64,000 nucleotides of DNA from Vicugna vicugna (lineage: Eukaryota), in assembly GCA_013265495.1 (NCBI GenBank), contig MU057666.1, positions 283,732 to 347,731 on the forward strand. Direction: 5' to 3'. The translations under genes and the position numbers were made by a program. A model generated the notes under the pieces. It made no database searches. It saw only the letters and a list, made by a program, of their open reading frames with translations, and was not told the origin of the DNA. This document shows, piece after piece, positions 52,769 through 64,000 of this stretch. Position 1 is the first letter of the stretch. The number at the start of each line of letters is the position of its first letter.

Positions 52769-54251
52769 TTATGGAACCACTAAATATCTGGAATAGCCAA
52801 AGCCATCTTGAGAAAGAAGAGCAAAGCTGAGGGTATCACAGTCCCTGATTTCACACTATATTTCAAAGATGTAGTAGTCTAAACAGTATGGTAGTGGCAT
52901 AAAAACAGACACATAGATCAATGGACTAGAGTAGAAAGCCCAAAAAGAAAGCCACATATATGGCTAATTAAAGGGTGCAAACAAGGCAAGAATATACAAT
53001 GGAAAAATGACAGTCTCTTCAAAACATGGTTTTGGGAAAACCAGACAGCCACATGGAACAGAATGAAATCAGACTGTTCTCTTTCACCATGAACAAAAAT
53101 TTATTTAAAATAAATTAAAGACTTGAACGTAAGACAAGAAACCATACAACTAGAGGAAAACATAGTGGGTAAACTCATTGACATTGGTTTTTGTGACTTA
53201 CTTTTTGGTTCTGATTCCAAAGGTAGGGCAACAGAGGCAGAAATAAGCAATTGAGATCACATCAAATTAAAAAGCTTCTGCACAGCAAAGGAAGTTCATC
53301 AATAAAATTAAAAAGCAGTCTACTGAATGGGAGAAGTTATTTGCAAATCATATAACTGATAAGTTAATATCCAAAATATATAGAGAATGCATACAGCTTG
53401 ATAACAAAAAGAACAAACAGTCCAATTTAAAAATTGACAGAGGATCTGAATAGACATTTTTCCAAAGAAGACAATACAGATGGCTAACAAGAACATGAAA
53501 AGATATATTATGGAACCACTAAATATCTGGAATAGCCAAAGCCATCTTGAGAAAGAAGAGCAAAGCTGAGGGTATCACAGTCCCTGATTTCACACTATAT
53601 TTCAAAGATGTAGTAGTCTAAACAGTATGGTAGTGGCATAAAAACAGACACATAGATCAATGGACTAGAGTAGAAAGCCCAAAAAGAAAGCCACATATAT
53701 GGCTAATTAAAGGGTGCAAACAAGGCAAGAATATACAATGGAAAAATGACAGTCTCTTCAAAACATGGTTTTGGGAAAACCAGACAGCCACATGGAACAG
53801 AATGAAATCAGACTGTTCTCTTTCACCATGAACAAAAATTTATTTAAAATAAATTAAAGACTTGAACGTAAGACAAGAAACCATACAACTCCTAGAGGAA
53901 AACATAGCGGGTAAACTCATTGACATTGGTTTTTGTGACTTACTTTTTGGTTCTGATTCCAAAGGTAGGGCAACAGAGGCAGAAATAAGCAATTGAGATC
54001 ACATCAAATTAAAAAGCTTCTGCACAGCAAAGGAAGTCATCAATAAAATTAAAAAGCAATCTACTGAATGGGAGAAGATAATTTGCAAATCATATAACTG
54101 ATAAGAAGTTAATATCCAAAATATATAGAGAATGCATACAGCTTGATAACAAAAAGAACAAACAGTCCAATTTAAAAATTGACAGAGGATCTGAATAGAC
54201 ATTTTTCCAAAGAAGACAATACAGATGGCTAACAAGAACATGAAAAGATAT
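52769..54251. repeat. Tandem duplication, period 739 bp
   Basis: 52769-53506 repeated at 53508-54251, near-identical. Confidence 0.95.
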
Positions 54252-54556
54252 TATCATTAATCATCAGGGAAATGCAAATCAAAACCACAATGAGATGTCA
54301 TTTCACACCTGGCAGAATGGTTGTTATCAAAAGGACAAGAAATAACAAGTGTTGGAGAAAACATGGGAAAAAAGGAAACCCTTGTGCATTGTTGGTGGGA
54401 ATGTAAATTGTTACAGTGACTGTGGAATGCAGTATGGAAATTCTTTAAAAAATTAAAAGTAGGACTACCAAATGATCCAGAAATTCCACTACTGGGCATT
54501 TATCTGAAAAATAGGAAAATGTTAACTCAGAAAGGTATAAGTGCCCTTATGTTGAA

Positions 54557-55535
54557 TGCAGCATTACTTACAGTAGCCAAGCTATAATTATGATGGGATA
54601 TTACTAGATCATAAAGAAGAATAAAACCTTGCCATTTGTGACAGCATGGATAGATCTTCAGGGCATTATGCCAGGTTAAATAATTCAGATAGAGAAAGAC
54701 ATGATTTCACTTAAATGTGTAATCTATAAAACAAAACATGAACAAACAAAACCAAACTAACAGATACAGAGGCTAGATTGTTAGTTGCCAGAGGGCAAGG
54801 GTGTTGAGAGGTAGATAGATTTGGAGATGGGAGTTAAGAGTTACAAACTTCCAGTTAACAAAATAAAGTCCTGGGAATGTAATATACAGCATGACCACTG
54901 ATGTCAATAAAATTGTGTTGCATATTTAAAAGTTGCTAAGAGAGTAAATCTTGAAAGTTCTCATCACTAGAAAAAAATTTTGTAACTTTATATGGTGACA
55001 GATGGTAACTAGACTTACTGTGATCATTTCACAGTGTATGTGAATATTCACTGCAGCATTATTTACAGTAGCCAAGCTATATTTATGATGGGATACTACT
55101 AGGTCATAAAGAAGAATAAAACCTTGCCATTTGTGACAGCATGGATAGATCTTCAGGATATTATGCTAAATTAAATAAGTCAGATAGAGAAAGATATGAT
55201 TTCACTTAAATGTGTAATCTATAAAACAAAACATGAACAAACAAAACCAAACTAACAGATACAGAGGCTAGATTGTTAGTTGCCAGAGGGCAAGGGTGTT
55301 GAGAGGTAGATGGATTTGGAGATGGGAGTTAAGAGTTACAAACTTCCAGTTACAAAATAGATTAGATCTGGGAATGTAACAGCATGACCTGTCAATAAAA
55401 TTGTGTTGCATATTTAAAAGTTGCTAAGAGAGTAAATCTTGAAAGTTCTCATCACTAGAAAAAAATTTTGTAACTTTATATGGTGACAGATGGTAACTAG
55501 ACTTACTGTGATCATTTCACAGTGTATGTGAATAT
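54557..55535. repeat. Tandem duplication, period ~495 bp
   Basis: 54557-55047 repeated at 55052-55535. Confidence 0.95.
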
Positions 55536-56339
55536 GAAATCATTTTGTTGTTCACCTGAAACTAATATGTTACATGTCAGTTATATCTTACTAAAACAAA
55601 AGCAAGGCAAAAAAGATAAGAGAACATACAAAAAGTTTTATATTCCTTCCATAAAGCAGCTGGGTAGGTGGAGAGGGCACTGTATTGTATCCTAGCTCTG
55701 TCCAGCCAACTCTTGATGGTCTTTGCAAGTACTTAACTTTGGAGTTTCACTTCTTTACCAATAAAATGTGTTTAATAAAACATTGTCTTCCAGGGATGTT
55801 GTGAAGATACACTTTGTAAATGAGGATTTGGAGATGGGAGTTAAGAGTTACAAACTTCCAGTTACAAAATAGATAAGTCCTGGGAATGTAATATACAGCA
55901 TGACCACTGATGTCAATAAAATTGTGTTGCATATTTAAAAGTTGCTAAGAGAGTAAATCTTGAAAGTTCTCATCACTAGAAAAAAATTTTGTAACTTTAT
56001 ATGGTGACAGATGGTAACTAGACTTACTGTGATCATTTCACAGTGTATGTGAATATGAAATCATTTTGTTGTTCACCTGAAACTAATATGTTACATGTCA
56101 GTTATATCTTACTAAAACAAAAGCAAGGCAAAAAAGATAAGAGAACATACAAAAAGTTTTATATTCCTTCCATAAAGCAGCTGGATAGGTGGAGAGGGCA
56201 CTGGATTGTATCCTAGCTCTGTCCAGCCACTCTTGATGGTCTTTGCAAGTACTTAACTTTGGAGTTTCATTTCTTTACCAATAAAATGTGTTTAATAAAT
56301 TGTCTTCCAGGGATGTTGTGAAGATACACTTTGTAAATG
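55312..56339. repeat. Tandem duplication, period ~512 bp (L1 end plus flank)
   Basis: 55312-55822 repeated at 55824-56339. Confidence 0.95.
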
Positions 56340-56406
56340 GTACATAGGAGTAGGGATTCAGTTAATAGTATTTAAGGAGATTACAGTAATCAGCAATGAC
56401 CTTAAC

Positions 56407-56540
56407 CAGAGGTTCCCAGTCTTTGCTGCATATTCAAATAACTTAGGGAACCTCCAAAAAGGATTCTTAAATGCTTATGTTTACATTTCACCCCCTAGAG
56501 ATTCTGACTTAACTGGGCATGGTGTAGTCTGGATATGAAA
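56407..56540. mobile_element. MER5A-like hAT-Charlie MITE fragment
   Basis: cagaggttccca..tgctgcatattcaaataacttaggga..ccctagagattctgacttaactgg. Confidence 0.7.
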
Positions 56541-56665
56541 CTTAAAGGAGAATACAGGAAAATATGAGAAAGAATAAGAAACAGTAAAAAAAAAAAAGAA
56601 AGAAAGAAAGAAAGAAATGTAGAGTCTACCAATATGCTAAGGAATACATTTCCTTTATTTTGTAG

Positions 56666-56864
56666 AACAGAAGGATTGCCACCGCCGTTAGGTGTGGTTG
56701 AGAAGCATTTCCAGGTCCCATCTGTTCCAGAGCAGCTGACTTGTGAGGAGGGCTCACCAACAGAGGCGGAGCTGCTGCATTCTAGAAGTCTCTTCTGTGG
56801 AGTGCATCAGTCCTATGCTTCATTTTATGGTGGAATAGGTCATAAGTTTTATTCTTTGGAATAG
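56666..56864 (+). other. Candidate exon, open to TAG at 56862-56864
   Basis: Branch-like tgctaa, acceptor tttcctttattttgtag|, locally raised GC and CpG; phase compatible with 45515-45553. No recognisable protein homology. Confidence 0.3.
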
Positions 56865-58023
56865 AAGCAGCATGGAAGAGGTGGTGAAGAAATCTAATAT
56901 TGAGGATAAAAATTCTTAGAGCTCTTTAAAGTACTTCAGTTGATCCTATCTAATTAATATGCACCTCAAAAGAGACCGAGGCCCTGCTTTGAAGATGTGA
57001 AATACAGCAGAAGCATTCCTGCCTAAGCCTGTAGCCATAGGTGTGATGACTGGCAATGATAATTTTATCTATGTTAGACAAAAAAACAAATAGGCTGAAT
57101 TATAACAGAAAGAATTGTAAATATATACTAGAGAAAGTGAGAGCTCAGTTTGAATCTTAAAATCATTTACTCCTTTTTTTTTTAAAAATAAGCCATGATA
57201 TTCTACCCTGGTTACTGGAAAAGAGATTGCATGGCAGAATCGCATTCTCTAATATTGAACATCAAAGAAAAACCAAAAGAAACAAAATTATTTTTAATAA
57301 ATTCAGATTCCTAAGACTAGAGTTTACTTTTTACATGAAAAACAACTATGTTGATACTTTGATTATGTGACTAATATATATTACACTGTTGTGATTGTTA
57401 TCCGGGACTTCCAGATAAATGAATTATTTTACCCATGTATTGTTTTTCCCATGAAAATATTTTAGACTAATTGAAAAATAATTATCTACATTTATTTTTC
57501 CCCATGAAAATCTTTTGATGTTGCAGAAATATTTCCCTGTGAAATGTATAATTGCTGAAGTATTTCCCACTTAAAATCATTCTAGTTACTTTGTGCCATT
57601 CTTAGGATAGAAATACCTGAAATCTCAACATCAAAAGAGATTTTACTACAGATCTTTAATTCAGTGCATGCTAAGCAGCACCTATAAAGAATTTTAAGAA
57701 TAGAAATTAAGTAAGAGACTATAATTAGAACATATAAGAATAGTCACTGGTGAAATGAATCCATTTTTACTCTTCACATCAAATTCACATACTTGCAGAC
57801 TTGTCTGTGAATGCTGTTTTTATTTCTGTATGCAGCATTTATACAAGGTCCCTTTACAATATGACATTTGCTTCAATCACTCAAATGGACTATTTTTGTT
57901 GTTGTTAAACACACCAGCTACTTTCATGTAAACAAATCCACAAATCACTTTTCAGTTCCCATCTTATTTGATTTCTCATTAGCATTTGATATAGTTAAAA
58001 GTCCTTTTTAGAGACATTCTCTT

Positions 58024-58556
58024 TGCTGAGGTCCACCAGTCAAAGACCACTTGTAGTTGAACAAATTGGACTTCTGGATACCTGGTGCAGGAGGGAGACT
58101 ATATTCCATAGGGAACTGTGAGGCATCTTAATTAGAGTGTGCCAAGAAATTCTTGTTATAGGTTTTGGGCTTGTATTACGTGATTTGGAGGAAGGTTCAA
58201 GGAATGAAACCTGTTCTAGACTGAGTGCTTTGAGGAAGCAACTGGATTCTATGGCTGTGCATCTTAATTTTTATTTTGTAGGTAGAAAGAACAGGATGAG
58301 ACTAAAGCTTTAATTGTGAAGAAGCAGCTGTTACTCTTTATTAGTTGGAAATATTTGTAGTTTTCATGGTGTTCTTGTATTTGTCTGCAGTCAAAGAGTC
58401 CTCTTGTTTTTTGTTTCACGGCATTGTGGTTACATAGTGACCTTGTCCCAAGCTGGTGTTGAAATTGTTCACATTCAACTGGAAAACACCATGGCCTAGC
58501 TCTGTGCCAGGCTAGCCTCCATCTGATGGCCGTCAGCATTGCCTTTTTCTTTCTGA
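58024..58556 (-). mobile_element. MER76-like ERVL LTR
   Basis: Minus strand begins agaaagaaaaaggca..ctgac..cctggcacagagctaggccatggtgtt..aacaatttca..acaaggtcact. Confidence 0.7.
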
Positions 58557-58783
58557 AGATCATGGCATCATACTCTGGTTTCTTTCTGCTGCTTAACTTG
58601 CTTCTTTTCAGTCTTCCTCACACTGTCTTCTGCTATATAATCTTTAACTCTTATTAGAGTTTCCCAGGCCTTGTATCTGAATCATCTTTTATATTATCCT
58701 ACACTTCTTATGTAGTTTCATTTATTTTTATGATTTTAATTACTATCTGCTTTCTTCAGACTGGAACTATTCTCTGCCTAAAA

Positions 58784-59555
58784 GATGGGTTGTAAAATTA
58801 TAACCCATAGGTCAAATACAACCCAAAGTCTGTTTTTGCCCAGATGTGAGGTGGTTTTATAGGTTTAAATGGTTAGAAAAAATCTAAATATGAATAATAT
58901 TTCATGACATAAAATTATATAAAATTCAAGTTACAGTACATAAACAAAAAAGAAACAGTGTTGCTCACCACCCAGTTCTACAAAGATTAAGTCATCAGCC
59001 ACTCCAGTTGCCCACCCAACCTGAGAGGAATTCAGGATGAAAAACAGGGTGAGGAACCTGCGCTTTGAATAAGCAGGTCCCTTAGATTGATGTATATTTC
59101 AGAAAGAATTTTAATGACCCCACATTCTTGCATCTTCTCATACATAGAAAAGTGCTAAAGTCATTAACCTGAGATACCTGTTCTTTGTGAAGAGCAGTAA
59201 TCTTTTACCAAGAATGTTTGCTTATTTCCTAGCCAAAAATCATATATAAATTGGCTTCTCCCCACCTCTTTACAACAGTTTCCTCAGAGCTACTAAGTGG
59301 CTGTCTCATGAGCTATAGTCCTTACTTAATAAGATCCCTGAATAAAACTTAAACTCATTCCTTTCAGGTTGTACATTTTTCTTTAAGTCGACAACTGTCC
59401 AAAGATAGAATTTTATTGGAATCCAGGCATGTTCATTTGTTTAGGTATTTTCTATGGCTCGTTTTTTTGCTGCAAGACCAGTGTTGAGCAGTTGAAATAG
59501 AGAGCCAGAATTATCTACTAGCTGTCCCTTTATAGAAAAAGTTTGCCAACCCCTG
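58784..59555 (+). mobile_element. MER58B hAT-Charlie MITE split by an LTR
   Basis: aaattatataaaattcaa..|..gtcc..ttttattggaa..ctatggctg..ccctttatagaaaaagtttgccaacccctg. Confidence 0.85.
58939..59393 (+). mobile_element. ERV1 LTR family Y, second copy
   Basis: Inverted homolog of the 15208-16604 halves; tatataaa near 59243, AATAAA at 59341, ends gtcgaca; degenerate TSD agta/actg. Confidence 0.85.
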
Positions 59556-62371
59556 CTCTAAAATCATGCATTTAACTAATCTGAGATTTTTCAATTGATT
59601 ATTTTAGTCATCTTAAAATATTTAAAAGATAAATTTTATTCATCTCCAATCCATACCTGTGCCTGTTCATCTTAATATTTGGGGCCCCTGACACACAGAA
59701 ATTCAAATCAGAAACCACAAATCATCCTTAATTCTTATTTTTCCTCTACCCCATATTTCTAGTCCTTCTGGAAATCCATTGTTTCTGCTTCCAAACTATA
59801 TCTCAAATAGGTCAGTCAGTCTCCATCTTTTCTGCCATCATTTTATGCCATACCATCACCACCTTGCAGCTGGTCTACTCAAACAGCCTCATCATTTGTT
59901 TCCTGCTCATGTGACTCTTAAGTCCCTATCCCATGATATTTTCTATCATTATATCTGCTCATAGCAATTATGATAATTTTTATGTAAATATTTGGGTTTA
60001 AATTCTATATATTTGCTTATTTATTGTCTATCCAAACACATAAGCTCTACAGAGGTGACTTCATACATTTTAGTTCAGAAGCAGATATAAACATTTTAAA
60101 TAGTGACTGATGTGGACTAGAAGGCCAGTAAGTATTTTTTTAACTAGTGACTAACCCTACTTAAAGATCACAAAGATAGAGGTACAGTTACCCCCTCATG
60201 CACACACACCTGCACACATTCCACTTCTAAGGGAAACATACTTATATATTTTGCATGTTCACATTTATTAGTTGAGTATGCATCACTTTACATTTGAACC
60301 ACATCTATGGGAGAGGAAGTTTGCTCTGGGAAGGACGAGTTGATGCTGACTTTATCTTGATTTTTAAGAATTACAACTTGGTCAGTTTTTGTTGTTAGTG
60401 GTGATGATAGTGACCTTTTTCCTAGCAAACAAAACCAGCGATTTACTTACATCATTCTTATGACTCCAAAGATATCTTAACTGAACTGGTTATTTACTTG
60501 ATAATTTGTTGTCAAGCAAACATATATTTCATTTTATACAAGACAACTGTCCAGTTATTTTTATGTGGATGTTAAATAGGAACTTAGAAACTCTTCCAAA
60601 ATAATACTGAAATAGGAATGTAGACTAACTGTATATAGCCACTGATTTTGAGTGTGTAGCAATTGGAAGAAACTGCTGAATGCATGAGGTAGGGTTTAGG
60701 TAGAACCAACATGGTGAAATGGCCATAGGCTATGGCATGGAGCATCCATTTGAGAACAGTTTTGTAAAGTGATAGAGAAGGAGGCCAGACTGCAGGGCTT
60801 TGCAGGTAAGTTACCTGACAAGCAAAAATGTGGTGAATTGGCAGTAAAAGGGAGAACAAAAATGGGATGGTAGCCAGATGGAAAATCAAATACAGCAGGA
60901 AAGGAGAGGGAAACACTCTCAATGTTTGCAGGCAGAAGAAAAAAAATCTTGTTAAAGTGGAAAAAATTAAATTTGGCAGTGAGGAAAACATAAGAACCAT
61001 ACCACTCAAGTGCCTTCCCAAGTTTTGCATAATAATTTGGATTTCAAAAAATGTTTTTACACAATTTGTATCATAAGACCCTCACGAAACTGGGTACATC
61101 TGAGACTGGTGGTTCAATTCCCATTTCACAGATTAGGAAACAAGCTCAGTTTCTGGGGTCATGCAGTGGGTAAGTAACATAAGGGAGAACAGAAGTGTTC
61201 TCACTCCTATGTTTTTATACCTTCCATTATACCATGTTGACAGTGTGGTGTTAATTTTTAAACAGAAGGAGATCAAAATCTGCTGTGAGGAAGAGAAGTA
61301 TTTAAGGCAGTGATCCAAAAGAAGTAGTCTCTTTTCCCTCCCACCCGCTTAAACTATTATCACATTAAAGTGAATTTCAGTAAGCCAGAAGTTTGGAAGG
61401 AGATGACTCATAAAGAAGCATGGGTAGCATTAATTTATTTTTTAAATTAACTGGTCATACACCATGTACAAGTGTCAGAGATACAGGGGAATAAAAATAG
61501 CCATAGTTCCAGCTTTGATAAAGCTCATTCTCTAGTGGAAAGGATAGGCTTTTAATCAAGTAAGGAAATTAAATATTTGAGTGCAAACTTAAATATGAGG
61601 CTGCGTGAACAGTACTATGAAAGAATGTTACATGGGGCCTTGTTGAGCCTACAAGGAGGGGAAGTGTTTGCTTTATGAGAGGATGACAGTTGATCTAAAC
61701 TCTAAAGGAGGAATAGGAGTGAAAAATCTGAGAGGGAGTAGTACTGGAGCCTTTTAAGAAGGCTCTTACATATGAAGAAGTCAAAGGATCTGGTATGACC
61801 AGAAAACTTCTAGTTTACTAACATATGTGTGCCCTGAATTATAATCTACATATAGAATTCTTTCATTTTAAATAGTTATGCAATGATATTGAGCCATATA
61901 ATTCTGATTCAATAGTTTTCTCAAGTGATGGCTTAAAAACAGAGAACAGAAATGACTGCTATATAATATTAATTTCTGGTAGAATTTGTTTATGCATATA
62001 TATATACAATAGTAGACTATGTATAATGATATATATAATAATCTTGCAAAGGTCTCAAATAGTGTTTTGCACATGATAAGCAGCCATGAAGTAATGATTA
62101 GCTACTTTTTCAATGTATGTTTATTGAAAACCTAGTAAGTATAATATGTACAAACACATCCCTGGATGCTGTTGTCCTCTATTTGACTAAAAAATGGTCA
62201 GGGGATGTTTAAAGGACTATTTCTTACCATGAAAAAGCCATTACCATATGTGTTTGATGTACTTATAATCTTTAGATTTATGCAGTCCTTTTTTGCCTTA
62301 GCCTTAGGTAGGGCAGGACAAATCCATTCTTGCAGTGCTGTAAGTGATGAAAATACTAAAATATTCTTTAT

Positions 62372-62512
62372 CTGTGCTGTCCCCAATGGTGGTCATTAGC
62401 TACATGTGGCTGCTGAGAACTTGGAATGTGGCTAGTGCAACTGAGATTTGAATATTTTATTTTAACTTAAAAATCTACATGTGACTAGTAGCAACTGTAC
62501 TGAAGTGACACT
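62372..62512. mobile_element. MER3-like hAT-Charlie MITE
   Basis: ctgtgctgtc..ttagctacatgtggct..aatgtggctagtgcaactgag..tacatgtgactagtagc. Confidence 0.8.
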
Positions 62513-63199
62513 TCAGAGGGGTTCAGGAAAAGACTTTGAGTTCCCACTGCAATACTTTTGAAATATTTGACATGAACTTGATATTTCTTGTATCTGGTGA
62601 CCTGGATCTAATTGAAAGAGATGTTTTCTTAGTATGAGGGAGAACTTTCTTTAGGTTAAAAAATTTAGGTGTGAACAGAAGCTCATTTTCCCAGCTCACT
62701 TGGGGAATAACAACTGAACTTGTTTATATCAAAAAATCTGTGAAACCATGTAGATGAAATTGCACAGAAAGTGATTTTTTTAATGACCCAAAAGAGTAAA
62801 CAGTTTTCTTTATGCTTACTGTTTGAGTAACAGCCACTTACAAAAGATAGAAATCATAAAAATAAATAAATTTATTTTATAATAAACATTCAGAAAAATC
62901 TAGTGGTCATTTAAAGAAGCAGATGGGAGATTGTAGTCTGTGTAATCTGTGGCCAGCCAACTCACTTCTCTCCATCATATTCAATATTTAGAGTCTAAGA
63001 AACATCCTTTCTATCTGAAATATTTATATTTAAATGTGAATGCATACAATTAATGTGTTCATTCAAAAGTTATAAAAAGAATATATGAAGTGGAAAGTAT
63101 ATTTCTCTTCCCTGTCTGAATGATAGCCATCTAGCACTACTGCTTAGAGATTGTGTTTCTATCAATTTTCTTGTTTTGTAAAATTTCAGAGGTACTTAA

Positions 63200-63620
63200 T
63201 TTACTCCTTCAACATGTTTACTGAATGTCTATTATATGCTGGGCATTGTTTTAAGTACTGCTTTACAAAAGTGGAAATAAAAAGCAATTAAAAATTTCTT
63301 TCAAAATTACATTCTAATGGAAGGAAATAGGCAATAAACTAAATAATAAAAACATGTGATGTATTAAGTAGTGATAAATGCTATCAGTTTTTAAAAAGAT
63401 TTTAAAAGAGGTGAAGGTGTTAGAGGAGGAAAGGGAGTAAGGATTGCCTCAGCTGGGGAAGGAGTTTACATTTTAAATAAAATGAGCAGAGAAGGAACTT
63501 CAGAGCTGTATTTTCATCAAAGACATGAAGGAAATGAGGCAGCAAGATATGTTTAGGCAGAGAACTGCATGTGCAAAAATCTTAAGGTAGGAGCTTGTCC
63601 AGTACCTTCCAGAAAAGCAT
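63200..63620 (-). mobile_element. L2 3' fragment
   Basis: ttcaacatgtttactgaatgtctattatatgctgggcattgtt..ttacattctaatgg..tgtgcaaa. Confidence 0.75.
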
Positions 63621-64000
63621 CTTTAAAATCTGGCTGCAGCAAGGATCACAAGACAGAGCCTTTTTATGCCAAGTAATTAATATACCATCTAATGATAGTT
63701 ATACTATTCTTGGTTTTTTTTTTTCCCATCAAATGTTTTATATCTTTAGGTTTTGAATAGGGCCTGCATCTCTCTGGTTCCTGTTATCTCTATTACCTAC
63801 ACATTAACTTCAGATAACATAATTACAATTAGGGTCTGATTATTTCTTATGGAATATATTATATAATACTTACAAAAACAGCTAAGCCAATTTCTGTTCC
63901 AGTGTTCTGTTCAAAGTCCAAGTTCAGTTTGTAATGTAAGATTCTGTCCTATATAAGACAGATTGTTTTGCACTGAATACAGTTTAATAAAAACTTACCA

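Larger units (their letters stand above)
50600..55611 (+). mobile_element. Old 5'-truncated L1 (L1MA9-like 3' end), degraded ORF2
   Basis: ORF2 remnants ([25 protein letters not shown]); 3' UTR gttgctaagagagtaaatcttgaaagttctcatcac; 16-bp TSD aaagataagag(g/a)acat at 50584-50599 and 55612-55627. Confidence 0.93.
57890..60110 (+). mobile_element. L2 relic fragmented by later insertions
   Basis: aacaaatcca..cacttttcagttcccatcttatttgatttctcattagcatttga; cttccaaactatatctcaaat..ctccatc. Interrupted by the MER76-like and MER58B elements. Confidence 0.6.

Noticed and set aside
60584..61076. 148-aa and 69-aa ORFs
   Set aside because: Low-complexity composition, no homology or splice context; probably degraded repeat or background sequence.
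1..64000. A named host gene, tRNA/rRNA genes, or a novel enzymatic system
   Set aside because: No recognisable coding exons or structural RNA signatures; any gene symbol would be a guess without an alignment.

Overview
AT-rich mammalian (eutherian) genomic DNA. I see no Alu, BovB, Bov-A2, PRE1 or SINEC, and from memory the young L1 3' ends and young LTRs look camelid-type, so a camelid origin is an inference. The window is mostly intronic or intergenic sequence filled with transposon relics (L1, HAL1, L2, MIR, MaLR/ERV1/ERVL LTRs, hAT and TcMar MITEs). One CpG-island promoter at about 27.45-27.96 kb has an NRF1 palindrome, a GGC repeat, G4-forming runs and splice donors on both strands, suggesting a head-to-head pair of transcripts. 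I cannot name the gene. No long protein-coding exon is recognisable, and the only ORFs with clear homology are broken L1 ORF2 fragments. The best-supported structure is: a four-level nest of LTRs, each with its own 4-bp target-site duplication (TSD) (15.2-17.1 kb); an L1 insertion with a ~124-bp 3' transduction (7.7-8.4 kb); a young LTR family with duplicated termini or a U3 array, one copy just upstream of the CpG island; three near-identical 0.5-0.74 kb tandem duplications at 52.8-56.3 kb that are probably assembly artefacts; and a speculative spliced 69-codon ORF. There is no support for a prokaryotic-type or otherwise new enzymatic system. Repeat family names come from recalled consensus sequences, not from a search.
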